DNA of 64,000 bases from Azolla caroliniana (lineage: Eukaryota > Plantae > Polypodiophyta), in the NCBI GenBank assembly GCA_043228905.1, contig JBHGNT010000020.1, forward strand, positions 8,556,001 to 8,620,000, in the 5' to 3' direction. The notes beneath the pieces are model-generated. The model saw only the letters and a program-made list of their open reading frames with translations. It ran no database searches and was not told where the DNA came from. Shown here one piece after another: positions 1 to 12,212 of the stretch (position 1 is its first letter; each line of letters starts with the position of its first letter). A program made the position numbers and the translations under genes.

Positions 1-579
1 GTGTATTTGTTGTTTTCTATTTCTACATGGTATATTTCAGTCAATCCTTTCAGAGATCTACGATCCTAGCCTTTCAAACTCGTATCAGAGTGAGGTTCAA
101 GAATGGAAGGAGGAGTGAGTGGCTTCCCCAGTATGATGGTCTTGAACTCACACAACTATGTTGATTGGAAGATCAAGATGGAAGATCTTCTAATAGTCAA
201 AGACTTGTACGAGCCCATCGACAGAAAAGAAATACCCACGAGGGTATTAGACTCTGAATTGGAGCTCCTAAACAGGAAGGCGGTGGCCACCATCGAACAA
301 TGTGTAGATGTGAGTGTCCTTCAGCATGTGGCTAACGACACTAATGCCTACGAGATGTGGCAAAAGTTGTCAGGGCTGTACAAGAGGAATAAGGCCTTCA
401 ACAAGACATCCTTGATGAGAAAAATAGTAAGGCTAAAGTACAGAGACAGTGAAAGCATTGTAGTACACATCAACACCTTCATGGGGCTTGTAAATCAACT
501 TGCAGTACCCAAGTTTCCCCTTGATGATGCTATGCAAGCCCTTCTACTATTATATACCCTATTGGACAGTTGGGAGAAC
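1..579 (+). mobile_element. Ty1/Copia element A, 5' part: end of 5' LTR (..TTTCA ~76), degenerate tRNA-Met PBS (80-91), gag 103-579
   Basis: TCGTATCAGAGT resembles the TGGTATCAGAGC PBS; ORF 103-582 is Copia gag-like (NYVDWKIKMEDLL...LLDSWEN); interrupted at 580 by Copia-B. Confidence 0.85.
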
Positions 580-1080
580 TGACGTTCAAATCATTGCCGG
601 CCACAACCGGTTGTACGTGTGCGGAATAATAGTCAATCTAATGGAAGGAAAAAAAACAGAATACAGCAACTGAGAATGACATAGATTTTAACATGGAAAC
701 CCGAACTAGGGAAAACCACGTGGAGTCCACAAACTCCTAAACAGAACACTATGAGAGAAAAGAATACAATCAGAGATCTCAGAGGCAACAACCTCAAGAT
801 CCTGCTTTGCGAACAAGCGGCTATAGAGCTAACACGCTTCCACTCACACTCGTTCACTCTCACAGTCACGGAGACAACTTCGACAACAGTAACTTTACAA
901 TAATACATGCATCTAACATGCTTTCCCTAAGTGCTTATATACTAATATAACCTTTCGACTATTTACAAGTTTAGCCTTCCGGATTGGCTATCTCCACGAT
1001 TTTCGGTTTCGGCCTCGACCTAGTTGTTCATCAACACTGTTCTTCTCAACTTCCCATCCGGAGGGACCTGTTTCCTAAAA
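580..1080 (-). repeat. Copia-B 3' LTR
   Basis: Direct repeat of 21618-22121; adjacent to PPT (AACTCCCCCT on plus strand). Confidence 0.95.
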
Positions 1081-1090
1081 AACTCCCCCT

Positions 1091-1450
1091 TCACTCCGGC
1101 ATGGGATGTCTTACTAGTCCGATCCGCTTCCGACATGCATCTAGCTTGTCGGGTATCAGTACTTTGGTCAGCATATCTAACCCGTTCTCGGCCGTGTGGA
1201 TCTTCGTCAGCGCGAACTCTCGAACTTCTACTCGCTCCCGGATCCAATGATACCTACGTTGGATGTGCTTCGTCCTGGAATGGTACGTTGCGTTCTTAGC
1301 AAGGTGGATGGCACTTTGACTGTCGCAATAGAGCCGATATTCATCTTGCCGGATATCGAGCTCTCCAATGAAGTCCTTCATCCATAATATTTCCTTGCCG
1401 GCTTCAACAGCCGCCATGTACTCCGCTTCCATGGTTGACAACGCAACCGT
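1091..1450 (-). pseudogene. Copia-B pol C-terminus (RNase H)
   Basis: TVALSTMEAEY...LYCDSQSAIHLAKN...RTKHI motifs. Confidence 0.92.
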
Positions 1451-2057
1451 TGTGAAGAAACCCGTTGTTGTATAGTAAATAGGTAGGTACAAGTCGGTTG
1501 AGGTGAAATCCTAGGTAGCATGCATTCAATAGGGAGAGAATCAGATTTTATCTATGTCCGAAAGGACATAGAATTAATATGATGTAACAGATGATAACGG
1601 CCTCCCTCCTAGTGCTATAAAACAGAGGGAGAGGAAGAAGAAGGGGGGATCGCGCATTGGCAAGGAAGAAGTTCTGCTGCAGAACCGAGGGCCGAGCTCT
1701 CTCTCCCAGTCGTCGTTCTCCGCGGGCGTCGGGAGTTCGCGGCCTCTGCTTCGTGGACAGCCCGTGCACTTCCGGCAGAGGCTCTCCCCTTTTGTTTCCT
1801 TGAGTCGTGTGTGTTCCGTCGGTGTGCATGAGTGGGAACCCCGTGTCGGGTCCATCACCGCCTTGCCGGTTGTAAGCATCAGAGTTTGCAAGCTCTGAAT
1901 ATTGTAATCTACTGTTACTGTAATTAAGTGTGACGTTTGCTTCTCCTTCTCCCTGTTGTGTGTCTCACTCTCTCTCTCTCTCTCTCTCTCTCGCTCCTCG
2001 GTTCAAAGACCCCCGTGGTCCCGCCCCTTCTACACGCACACGTGTAACAACGCGACA
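1451..2057 (+). repeat. Gypsy-C 5' LTR
   Basis: Direct repeat of 7192-7869; ends GCGACA; contains a (CT)n tract. Confidence 0.92.
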
Positions 2058-2061
2058 TCTT

Positions 2062-2079
2062 TGGTGAACCCGAAGTGAA
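2062..2079 (+). promoter_or_regulatory. Primer-binding site complementary to the tRNA-Trp 3' end
   Basis: TGGTGAACCCGAAGTGAA versus TGGTGAACCCGACGTGAA, the recalled complement of plant tRNA-Trp (1 mismatch). Confidence 0.8.
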
Positions 2080-2101
2080 AGGGTGGCAAAGGAGTTGAAA
2101 G

Positions 2102-5100
2102 ATGAGGGGATCGGAGCTAGCAGAGGCAATGGCGGTAGCCGTCGACCAGCTGGTAAGCGCTCGAGAGGGGACGGGTACCCTCGACAGAGCCATTGAATCG
2201 ATCGTCGGCACTATAGGCCGGTTCGGAGGGAAAGACACCACAAGTTATTTGGAGGCTTACCGGGCCGAAATGATCATGAGGGATATCCCGGTGGACAAGC
2301 GGTTGTCCAGATTCCCTCGGGTGGTGACGTCGGACATCCACGCGGAGGTGCGCGAGGTGCTGGCCGGATGCCAGACTTGGGAGGAGTTCGAGCTGCAGCT
2401 CCTCGAGAAGTACGGGTTTGACGACTCACTTCGGTTGTCGAGGCGGGACTTCATGGCGTGGCTGGAAAGCCCTGGAAAGGGGAGGAACACGTCGGTGCTA
2501 CTCCAGGAGTTCGAAAAATGGTTCGCGCGGCTGTCGACGCTAGACCGGACAGTGCTCGAAACGAGTTGGGTACTATTGTTTGTCAAGTCGATGGACGCGC
2601 TCGACAGGGAAAAGGTGGGTCCCCTATTGGAAATGGACGAAGGGCTCACGACAGACTTGGCCGTGGTAAGATGGGTCTACAGTCGTTTCGACAAACGGCG
2701 TGATTGGAGCGACGGAGGCTCGCCGGGGTCAAAGCCGGTCCCGGCAAGGAGGCTCGAGGAGCCGGTATCGGTGCCGACCGGTAGGAAGGAAGAGACCCGA
2801 ATCTGGCTAGAGTTGGGATCGGCATCGAATGACGGGGTCAGAGGCCCATCTGGAGGAGCTGACACAGATGGTGCGCGACCTACAGATCGCACAGGCCCGA
2901 AGAGACGGCGGCGAACAACCTCGCGATCGGAGGCCACCGTCTGGGCAGCGGTGCATGTGGTGTGACGCGATTGGTCACATTCGGAAGGGTTGCACGGATT
3001 TCACCGACGCACTCAGGACTAACGTGGTGTACCTCTAGAACGGGCGGGTGCACGCGAGCGAGACCCGGAGAGCCCTAGAACTGAATACGGAGCGCGGCGG
3101 AATGAAGAGGTTGATGGAAGAGGCTGCGGCACAGCATGTAGAAGCCGTTGCCTACTTAGTGTCGGCGGGAATTCAGGTCGGGGGTGACGAGTCCCAAAAG
3201 GTGAAGGACTCCAGATTCTGGCCACTAGAGCTAGAAGGCTTCTCCGGAGTTCGGCTGAAGAAGGAAGAGGCGGACCGCGCGGAACAGCGGGTCCAGGAGG
3301 TCACCGGATGGGACAATCTGGTCGAAGAGAAAAAGGGCTTCGTAGAAGCCGCTTGCCAGAACTACGAGGTTCTGGTGGAAGACAAACTGGCATGAAAGGC
3401 CAGAGGGGTTGGTCCCCCGCAGAGGTACGAGACCCGGTTCGGACCGAAACTAACCGGTGCCGGCAACCCAAGCGCGCCGGATGGGAAGAAGCAGGCGGGG
3501 TTTCGATTGAGCACCGAAATCGAGAGAGCAACGAACCTACGGAAGTTCTTTGAAGTGCGGATCCTCGACAGTAAAGTGGAGCTGTTGTTGCGGGAGGTGC
3601 TAGGAATCGCCAAGAGGGAGTTCCACGACTCCATCATAGACTTGGTGAAGCAGAAGAGGCTCTCAACGGAGCCGGAACCGGAGAAGCCGGTGGAGGTGCG
3701 GACTACGCACTTAGAAGACACGGCCCTAGAAGAAGAGTTGGCAGAAAGCCACTACGCGAAGCCGCATTGGGCCAGGGCAACTACAGAAACCCCTGTGCGG
3801 ATCGACGACGTTCCGGAACCGGTGGTGGCCTTGGTAGACCATGGATCCGAAATCAACCTGATGTCCATGGATTTCTACAAGCAGGGTAAATGGCCGATCA
3901 ACACCAAACATGGGTGGAAGATACGCGCGACGACGCATGCTACGGAGGAGCTGCATGGTGTGTGCCCGAATGTATGCGTAAAGATCTGTGACGTTCGATG
4001 GGAATGTTCGAAGTCATCGCGGACTTCGGGGAAAGGATCGGGTCGGATCGGACGGCCCGCATGGATACAAAGTACAAGACTGTGGACAGGAAGGTGAGGC
4101 TAGTCACTGCACCCTTGCTGGAGGGCAACGAGGAGTGGATAAAAGGGGTCGTGTCGGACCCAAGTTTATGGAATCCGGCTGGCATAGGGCACCGGTTCAC
4201 CGACATAACGCTACGGGAGCTCAAGGTTGGTGGGGGTGGCTTTCTACTGCCGGCGGAGGAGGACAGGTTTTGGAGAATGCTCAGAAGGCATGGGAAAGCC
4301 TTCGCGTTCTCGCCGGAGGAGATCGGGTGCGTGGACCCGACGATCGTCGAACCAATGGTGATCTTCACGGTACCGCATGTACCATGGAATTCTAGTGCCA
4401 AGAGCTCACATCCCGAAGTTGATGGAGCTTCTGAAGCAAAAGGTGGAGATGGGCATCCTCGAACCGTCAAGTGCCCCGTATTCGAACCGGTGGTTTACGA
4501 TGCCAAAGAAGAACGGCACGTTGCGCTTCATTCAGGACCTGCAACCGGTCAACAAGGTGACCATCCGTAATGCAGGAATCGGACCGACCATAGACGAGTT
4601 CGCAGAGGCCTTCGTTGGATGGTCGATCTATTCGGTCGGTGACTTATACTCGGGGTACGACCAATTCCAGCTAGAAGTCGAGAGTAGGGATATCACAACG
4701 ATGCGAACCCCTCTCGGCCTAGTACGGATGTGTACCCTACCACAAGGCGGGACAAATTCAGTGGCGCATATGGTGAACACAATGAACAAGGAGCTGAGGG
4801 ATTGCATCCCGGACATCACCATTCCATTCTTGGACGATATCCCGATAAAGGGGTGCCCGGTGGATGACGTGGACGAGACTATCAGGCCATACGGATGCCG
4901 GATGTTCGTTGTGAACCACATCAACGACTGCAAGAGGGTGTTGCAGAGGCTCGAAAGCACACGGCTCACCTTCTCTGGAGAAAAATCGGCGTTCGGGCAG
5001 TCGGAGATCTTGGTGGTCGGACACCTGTGCGGGCCTTACGGACGGAAACCGTCTCCGGCAAAGGTAGAGGCCATCTCCGCGATGAGGAACGATTGTGGGT

Positions 5101-7116
5101 TGGTGACGGAGGCCCGCAGATTCTTGGGAGAATGCGCGTTCTACCACATCTAGATCCCGCACTACGCACATGTCACGGAACCCCTCTACGGACTATTGAA
5201 AAAGGGGCGTAGCTTTGAGGGGAGGACGGAGCACACGGAGTCGGTATGGAGACTAAAGGAGGCACTTACGGTAGCACCGGCTCTCCGTAAGCTAGTTTAC
5301 GGCAAGGATGTCCCCATTTGTGTGACGGTGGCCACTAGCCCGACCGGAATCGGGTGGGTAATCAGTCAGGAGGACAAGGACGGCGTACGATTCCCGATCC
5401 AGTTCGGGGTGAAGGTATTGAGCGAACGACTGCGAGGATACGCCCAAGTTAAGCGCGAGCTTTGGGGTATCGTTTCGGTAGTCAAGGCCGACAAGGACTA
5501 TCTGATCGGGACGGAGGTGATCATCGAGACGGACTGCATGCCGATACTCGGCATGGTTTCCGGATGCGCGACGCCGGACGTAGCAATGCTCCGGTCGATA
5601 GCGTACATTAAGTCTCTGAACCCGAAGATTCGGCACATCTCCGGAAAGGATAACACCATGGCCGACATGCTTTCGAGAGCGAGGTTCAACGACGAAGACG
5701 ACATGGTTTCGGATGACTAAGAAGTCGGTGAGGACTTCTTCGGGTCGGCTAACGTAGCGACGAGGGAAAGGGACACTCTGGCACCAAATCGGGAGGTTCC
5801 TACGAACGATGACACCGAACGCCGCATGGACGAGAGAAGAGGCGAGCCGGGTACAAAAGAAGGCGTACCAATTCTTCCTGCCCGACAAGTGCATATGGAG
5901 GCACCCAAAGAAGAGAAACGACATCCCGCTCTGAGTAGTGACAAAGAAAGAAGAACAGGAGGAACTACTGGTGGCATTTCACGAGAGTCCCTGGGTCGGG
6001 CACCGTGGAACGTGGGCCACATTCGAGAAGCTGAATGAGAAGTACTGGTGGTCGAGGCTATACCGGGACGTCCATCGGTTCGTAATGACTTGCGAAAGCT
6101 GTCAAATACACTCCGTGGTCCGACATCGGGACGAGCTACACCCGACCTACCCGCCTACGGTCCATTTCAAGTGGATGGTAGACTTGGTGACGATGTCGAT
6201 GGGAGAAGGACGAATGCGATACCTGGTGCTGGCGCGAGAAGACCTAACGAACCAGGTGGAAGGCCGTGCACTGCAGAACAAGACAACCGTGGCAGTATGC
6301 CGGTTCCTGATCGAAGAAGTAGTGTGTCGGTACGGGTGCGTCGGGAGGATCGTGGCAGACAGGGGAGAGCTGGATGCGCGGGAATCTGAGGAGTTGTTCG
6401 ACTGGCTAGGCATCAAACTCTCTCTCACTGCGGCATACAATCCGGAGGCGAATGGGAAGGTGGAACATGGGCACGAGCCAATCGTAAAGGCGTTGGTGCG
6501 AGCATGTGGAGGGCAGGTTAGGAATTGGTTGCGGCTCCTTCCTTACGCACTATGGGCGGACCGAACTACGCACAGCTCGGTGACAGGGTTTATGTCGGTA
6601 GAGCTGATGTACGGGCAGAAGCCGATCATGCCAGTGGAACAGACGGTTTCTTCATGGGCGGCGGTAGATTGGAAGGACGAGATGAACCGGGAGGAGTTGT
6701 TGGCGGTGCGGATTCGGCAACTCGAGCGGAGGCCGGAGGACATGAAACGGGCGAAGGAAAAGTTGCGGGCGGCAAGGGAGCGTAACAAGACCCGGTTCGA
6801 CCGGACGCGCCGGTTGCGACCAAAGAAGATCGAGGAAGGAGACTGGTTCTTAGTGTATGACAGCAGCCTCGACAACCAACACAGGGCGACGCAGAAGTTT
6901 GCACGAAGGTGGTTCGGGCCTTATGTGGTGACAAGCGCCAACGACAACAGGACCTACCATCTTGCGGAGCTTGACAGTGCAAGGATGGCAATACCGGTAG
7001 CAGGGAAGAGGGTCAAAGCGTTTAAGAAACGACACAAGTACGAGCCGGATTTGGGAATCTTGGACGGCTATGAAGGGCAGTTCGAGGCGGATGACGAACC
7101 GGAAGACGAGGAGTAA
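2102..7116 (+). pseudogene. Gypsy-C gag-pol (gag, zinc knuckle, protease, RT, RNase H, integrase) with stops and frameshifts
   Basis: CMWCDAIGHIRKGC knuckle; VALVDHGSEINLM protease; DLYSGYDQF and PFLDDIPIKG RT; HESPWVGH...CESC and GPY integrase motifs in consecutive ORFs. Confidence 0.93.
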
Positions 7117-7191
7117 AGCATGGACCGGTTTTCTCTAGAAGGAGCCCAATTTTGGCGCATACCGGTGGATGCGCGGTTAGGTAGGGGTGTA

Positions 7192-7869
7192 TGTCATGAA
7201 GAAACCCGTCCCTAGGCGGAAATCGAGTTTAGCATGTGTAAACTGGCCCTTGCACGCGCGCGCACCTTTCGTTGTATAGTAAGTAGGTAGGTACAAGTCA
7301 GTTGAGGTGAAATCCTAGGTAGCACGCATTCAATAGGGAGAGAATCGGATTGTATCTCTGTCCGAATGGACAGAGAATTAATATGATGTAACGGGTGATA
7401 ACGGCCTCCCTCCTAGTGCTATAAAAGAGAGGGAGAGGAAGAAGAAGGGGGGATCGCGCATTGGCAAGGACGAAGTTCTGCTGCAAAACCGAGGGCCGAG
7501 CTCTCTCTCCCAATCATCGTTCTCCGCGGGCGTCGGGAGTTCGTTGCCTTTGCTTCGTGGACAGCCCGTGCGCTTCCGGCAGAGGCTCTCCCCTTTTGTT
7601 TCCTTGAGTCGTGTGTGTTTTGTCGGTGTGCATGAGTGGGAACCCCGTGTTGGGTCCATCACTACCTTGCCGGTTGTAACCGTCAGAGTTTGCAAGCTCT
7701 AAATATTGTAATCTATTGTTACTGTAATTAAGTGTGTCGTTTGTTTCTCTCTCCTTCTCCCTGTTGCGTGTCTCTCACTCTCTCTTTCTCTCTCTCTCTC
7801 TCTCGCACCTCGGTTCAAAGATCCCTATGGTCCCGCCCCTTCTACACGCACGCGCGTACCAATGCGACA
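7192..7869 (+). repeat. Gypsy-C 3' LTR
   Basis: TGTCATGAAG...GCGACA; repeat of 1451-2057 plus ~60 extra bp. Confidence 0.92.
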
Positions 7870-7873
7870 CCGT

Positions 7874-8858
7874 CTTCTGCAGCCTCGACTGCCACAAAAC
7901 TGCTCCCCCTGCATATGTCATTACATACCCGGATGTAGACCGGTTGGTATCCACATCAGCCGACATATCCGAATCGGTAAAGCCGTCAAGTTGAGGTTTA
8001 CCCAGAGCCGAATCGGAGACACATATTTGAAGTGTCCTTCAAGTACCAGAGTATCCATTTGACCGCGTTCCAGTGCTCCTTGCCGGGATTGCTCATAAAC
8101 CGTCTCACCACTCCGACTGCGTATCCAATATCCGGTCGAGTAGACACCATTGCGTACATTAAGCTCCCGATGGCAGAAGCATATGGAACCTTCATCATAT
8201 CCGCTTTCTCTGCTTTCGTCTTCAGGCTTTGCTTACCGGATAATTTGCAGTTTGCCGGGAGTGTCGATCCTAACATGTTGAACCGCTAAAGCACCTTTGT
8301 CACATATTTCTCTTGTGACAACCACAATTGCTTCTTTGACCGGTCCCGGATGATGTGCATCCCTAATATCTGTCTTGCCAAGCCCAAGTCTTTCATTGAG
8401 AAAGTTCGGTTGAGAGCCTTCTTCAGAATCCGTATTTTGTCTTGGTCCCGTCCGATGATCAACATGTCGTCCACGTACAAGAGGAGTATCAGGAGGTCAC
8501 CTCCTTCAAACTTCTTCACAAACACACAGTGATCGGTTTGCGTTTTGTGATACTCTTGGTCGGTCATGAAGGAGTCAAACTTCTGATACCATTGTCGGGG
8601 AGCCTGCTTCAGTCCGTACAAACTCTTCTTCAACCGGCAAACCAGGTGCTCCTTCCCTTTCTCCACGAATCCTTCCGGTTGCTGCATGTAGATCTCCTCT
8701 TCGAGGTCACCGTGAAGGAATGTCGTCTTCACGTCCAACTGCTCTACCTCGACGTCCATGCTTGCTGCTATACTCAGCACCGTCCGAATGGAAGTCATCT
8801 TTACTACCGGGGCAAATATCTCGTCGAAATCCACGCCTTTCTTCTGCTGGAACCCCTT
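7874..8858 (-). pseudogene. Copia-B reverse transcriptase and start of RNase H
   Basis: QLDVKTTFLHG, LKKSLYGLKQAPRQW, LLLYVDDML, YASAIGSLMY motifs. Confidence 0.95.
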
Positions 8859-9306
8859 TGTTATTCCTTAGGGCTGGACAATGGCCTAACACAGGGTGTC
8901 TCTGGAAGACACTTCACCAAAGGGGTGTTACGGCGAGATAACTTAAGACACAACGATTACTTTGACTTAATTTGCTACTTAGCAATAAGGCATACACTTA
9001 ATACACGCGTAAGATACAACAATTAATTCAGAATGGTAATCAATACATGAAGATAAAACAAGAAGCTTATATTAATTCTCCGTTAAAGTTATACATTGTA
9101 ACCGAGCCTTTATATAGGTCACCGGTGCTGCATACAAAACAGTGCCAACCGGCAACTATTCGGAATCGGTCCGGATCCGGATCGGCATACCAATTCCGGT
9201 CCGTCCGTTCACTACATAGCTATAATCTAATATACTTAATTAAATATATTCCGAATAACCATCCCTTTCACATTCTAGTCTCTGCTCCTTTGCCGGTCGG
9301 GTAACA
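8859..9306 (-). repeat. Gypsy-D 3' LTR
   Basis: Direct repeat of 18478-18901; TG...CA termini. Confidence 0.95.
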
Positions 9307-9308
9307 CA

Positions 9309-9349
9309 TGGCACGCTCGTGGGACAATACCTTGTACGTCGAATCCCAC
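9309..9349 (-). promoter_or_regulatory. tRNA-Arg-3'-end-like motif and hairpin at the PPT position (inverted second PBS)
   Basis: Sense strand reads GTGGGATTCGACGTACAAGGTATTGTCCCACGAGCGTGCCA-TG-[TGTTAC LTR]; no purine tract present; homologous motif at 22474-22513. Confidence 0.7.
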
Positions 9350-9359
9350 TATCCGGCCC

Positions 9360-12212
9360 TTAGCCTTTGTCCAAGATGTCTAGAATACTCTGCTCCAGGG
9401 TATCCAATGGTTGTTCGGAATTCGATTGTTGTTGATGTTGCTGCTATTGCGGTTGTTGTTGCGGTTGCTGTTGATGCGGTGGTTGCGGCTACTCCGACTG
9501 TTGCTCCTGAGTGGGCATCTGTTCGACTCCCGGTACCGGCGGTTGTGGCGGTGATTCCTCCGTTAGCCGCTCCGCCGGATTTGACTCCGGTTGACTCGTC
9601 CCAGCCTTCTCTCCGTCCGGTCCTTGCTCCGGTGATGGCTCCTCATCGTTGAGGTTGACGGTCGCCACCTGCTTTGCTTCTTCTCTCCGTAGCCTGGTCC
9701 GCTCATAGCTCTCAAACTGGATTTGAGCATCCAGTCAATCATCATCTAGTTGGGCTACAAGTTGCCGGACCACTGTTGCTTGCTCCTGCGCCAGAGTTAT
9801 AAAATCTTCGGCTAACTCCTCTCTAACGCAGTGAAGTCCTCCTTTGTGAGCATGTAGCAGTCGTCGCCATCCTTCTACCGGTTTTCCGCGTCTACCCGTA
9901 GCAACTAGAGCTCGGTTGTGTGCTTTGCCCATTTGTCCCACCATTGCGCGGAGCTTTCGTCAATCAAGCATTTGGTCTTGTTCCTCCATGCCTAGACAAT
10001 GAACTGGATCCGCTCCAATCCCATCTTTGATTTGTCCTCCGCGGCTTTATCGTTCGTCCTTCAACTGCTTGATGAGTGCCATCGTATCCACCTCCTGGTC
10101 CTGGTAATGTGACAGTTGGGTTTGATAAGTGTTCTGCAGCCTTTGCAAGATCATCATTGCTCTTTCCTTCTCTTCATAATGCTGCTTATGTAGCTCCATC
10201 CATTCTTGCGCCGCTTCCTCCAGCTGCGTGGTTCTTCCAGCCCGTTCCTCCGCCAGCGCCGTCTCAACCCAATGTACCTCCTGTCGGAGCACTGCCATCT
10301 TCTCTTGCTGTTTCTTATGCTCCATATCTAGGTGCTTGTAGTCCCGGTGCAGGTGCTCAAAATCATTGGTTTTCTGGTTCAGCTTTTGGTTGAGTTGCCG
10401 GCGAGCGCGGTCTTCCCGGTCCTTTTGTTGACGGAGTTCTTCTTTCAGCCTTTCAATCTCTGTTTCCGCCATCCGTCGCCGCTTCTCATTTTCTTGCAGC
10501 ACCTTCTCTTTCTCCTCCTTCAGCCGGTCGTAAGCCTAATGTCCTTTCCACAGATTCTCTTCTGCCCAGCGGAGGTTCTCAGCAGTCTTCCGTTGCTCTT
10601 CTTCTGCCGCTTTCTTCAAGTCCCGCTCTTGGGTGCATAATGCTTCCTGTGCGGCCAGTTCATCTCTTAATTCAAGAAGCTCTTTTGCTTGCGCCGCCAC
10701 TATCTCCGGGATTGTTTCCGTCTCCGCGGTCTTATTGCTATGTACAGGTGCTAGTGCTTCTTTATTCTGTACATCGACCGGGGTCACCGGTGCTTGGAGT
10801 TGTGGTCCGGTTAAGGCCATTTTGGCCAATTCTTCTGTGGCCACGTCCAAGTCTTGTTCTACGCTCTGGATCCTTGACCGGGCCGTCTCTAGTTCTCCGG
10901 TTGTGATGAGCAACCGGTCCATCTGCGCTTTCTCTTCCACCTCTATGTAGTGTACCATTCCGGCAATCTGTTCTCCAATCCACCGAAGCCATTGGCTGCC
11001 GGTGCCCTGTTGTTGGATCTGCCCGGAGGGTTGGCTGTTGATGTCGCTGGCCAATGGTCAGTTTTGTCTAGTTGCATCGAGTTGCTACTCTAGCTCTTGT
11101 TGGTGACCACTTTGTCGTTCTGGTTGCAGCTCCGTTGGCCACTCTGCCTTTGAATGTTCTTGGCCTACCGGTGGGGTCGGTAACTGTACTTCCGGCGCTT
11201 GCATATTGGGTCTTGCCGTATCCTAACCCACCGGTAGAGGTTGTTGTGCAGGGGGCTCTGTGGCCGGTTCTGTCTGAACCGGTTCCGGTTCCATCCTTAG
11301 TGCGGGCTGCTCAAGGCGGGGTACAGGCGTTCCATCCCTCTTTGGGTCCGAACGCTCCCCGGCATGTTCGAAGGTGCTTGCCTTCTGGCGCCGCTAGAGG
11401 TGCTCTAACGGTTCCTCCTCTGTTTCCTCCTCCTGAGTCCTGATGTTGATTTTCGCTGTCTAGGGGTCCGACGCTTGTTGAACCGGTCGGCTAAGCCTGA
11501 TCTTGATTGGCTGCACCGTTCGCTCCTCCTGCGTTTCCGCCTGCCACTTCCTGTTGGCGCGCTCCTTTGCCACCTGGTCCGTGTCGGCCGCCTTCCCTAT
11601 GGTTGCCTTAGACGCCAGCAGCTGTTATCATTTAGAGGCCGTTTTCGGGGTACCTTTGGTTGTTCTTCCCAGCTTCGTGGTCTTGACGAGCTCGATAGGT
11701 GGCGCCAATAGAGTGAGTCATTGTGCCACCACCGTCCATATCTTCCGACCCTCTTTGCCTCTGACAGAGTCGATGGCCACACAGAGGCCATCCGCAATCA
11801 GTACCGCCCAGTCCACCTTCATGCCTTCATATCTGGCTATGATTAAGCCGGCCCGGTTCTGGGGCATGGAAGGGGGTCGAGGGTATACATGTCCAAATTC
11901 ATGGAGCACCCGGGCAATCTCTCGAAAGAGGGGATCTTCGCCGCCCTGTGTCCGGTAGGCCTTGCTTGCCAGAGAGTATTCCCCAAAGTATTTGACGAGT
12001 TGTTCCGGGGTAGGGTTGTCGATAGTGAAGATTCCCCCTTCCGGAAGGCCAATCAACACATGGATGGCCTCCTCAGTAATCAACTCTGTGTCAATTTCTT
12101 TGACTATCTTCTCCGCCTCCTGGTGCGGTGGCGCCTCCATGATGGTGAGGAAACCCTCTAAGCCATTTCTTGGCTGCTTCATAGAGTGATTGGCAGTCCA
12201 TGGCTTCGTCAA
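9360..12212 (-). pseudogene. Gypsy-D extra 3' ORF (sense orientation, ~900+ codons, frameshifted): N-terminal globular region, long coiled coil, Q/P-rich tail
   Basis: Chain of minus-strand ORFs 11718-12212, 10536-11054, 10047-10502 and 9735-9944 between pol and the 3' LTR; E/K/Q/L-rich heptad-like sequence. Confidence 0.75.

Larger units (their letters stand above)
1451..7869 (+). mobile_element. Ty3/Gypsy element C, full length, degenerate
   Basis: LTRs 1451-2057 and 7192-7869; TSD CCGT (1447-1450 and 7870-7873); PBS TGGTGAACCCGAAGTGAA at 2062-2079; purine-rich PPT ~7179-7191; host Copia RH frame (SRLQKT|VALST) rejoins across it. Confidence 0.93.

Noticed and set aside
1548-2241. ORFs repeated at 7298-7695
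   Set aside because: Incidental frames within the two Gypsy-C LTR copies
9047-9304. 85-aa ORF also present at 18642-18899
   Set aside because: Shared only because it lies in the paired Gypsy-D LTRs; no recognisable domain
9308-9652. Plus-strand ORF starting at the inverted PBS (possible antisense gene)
   Set aside because: Low-complexity V/A/P-rich mirror of the Q/P-rich tail of the minus-strand extra ORF; no independent support
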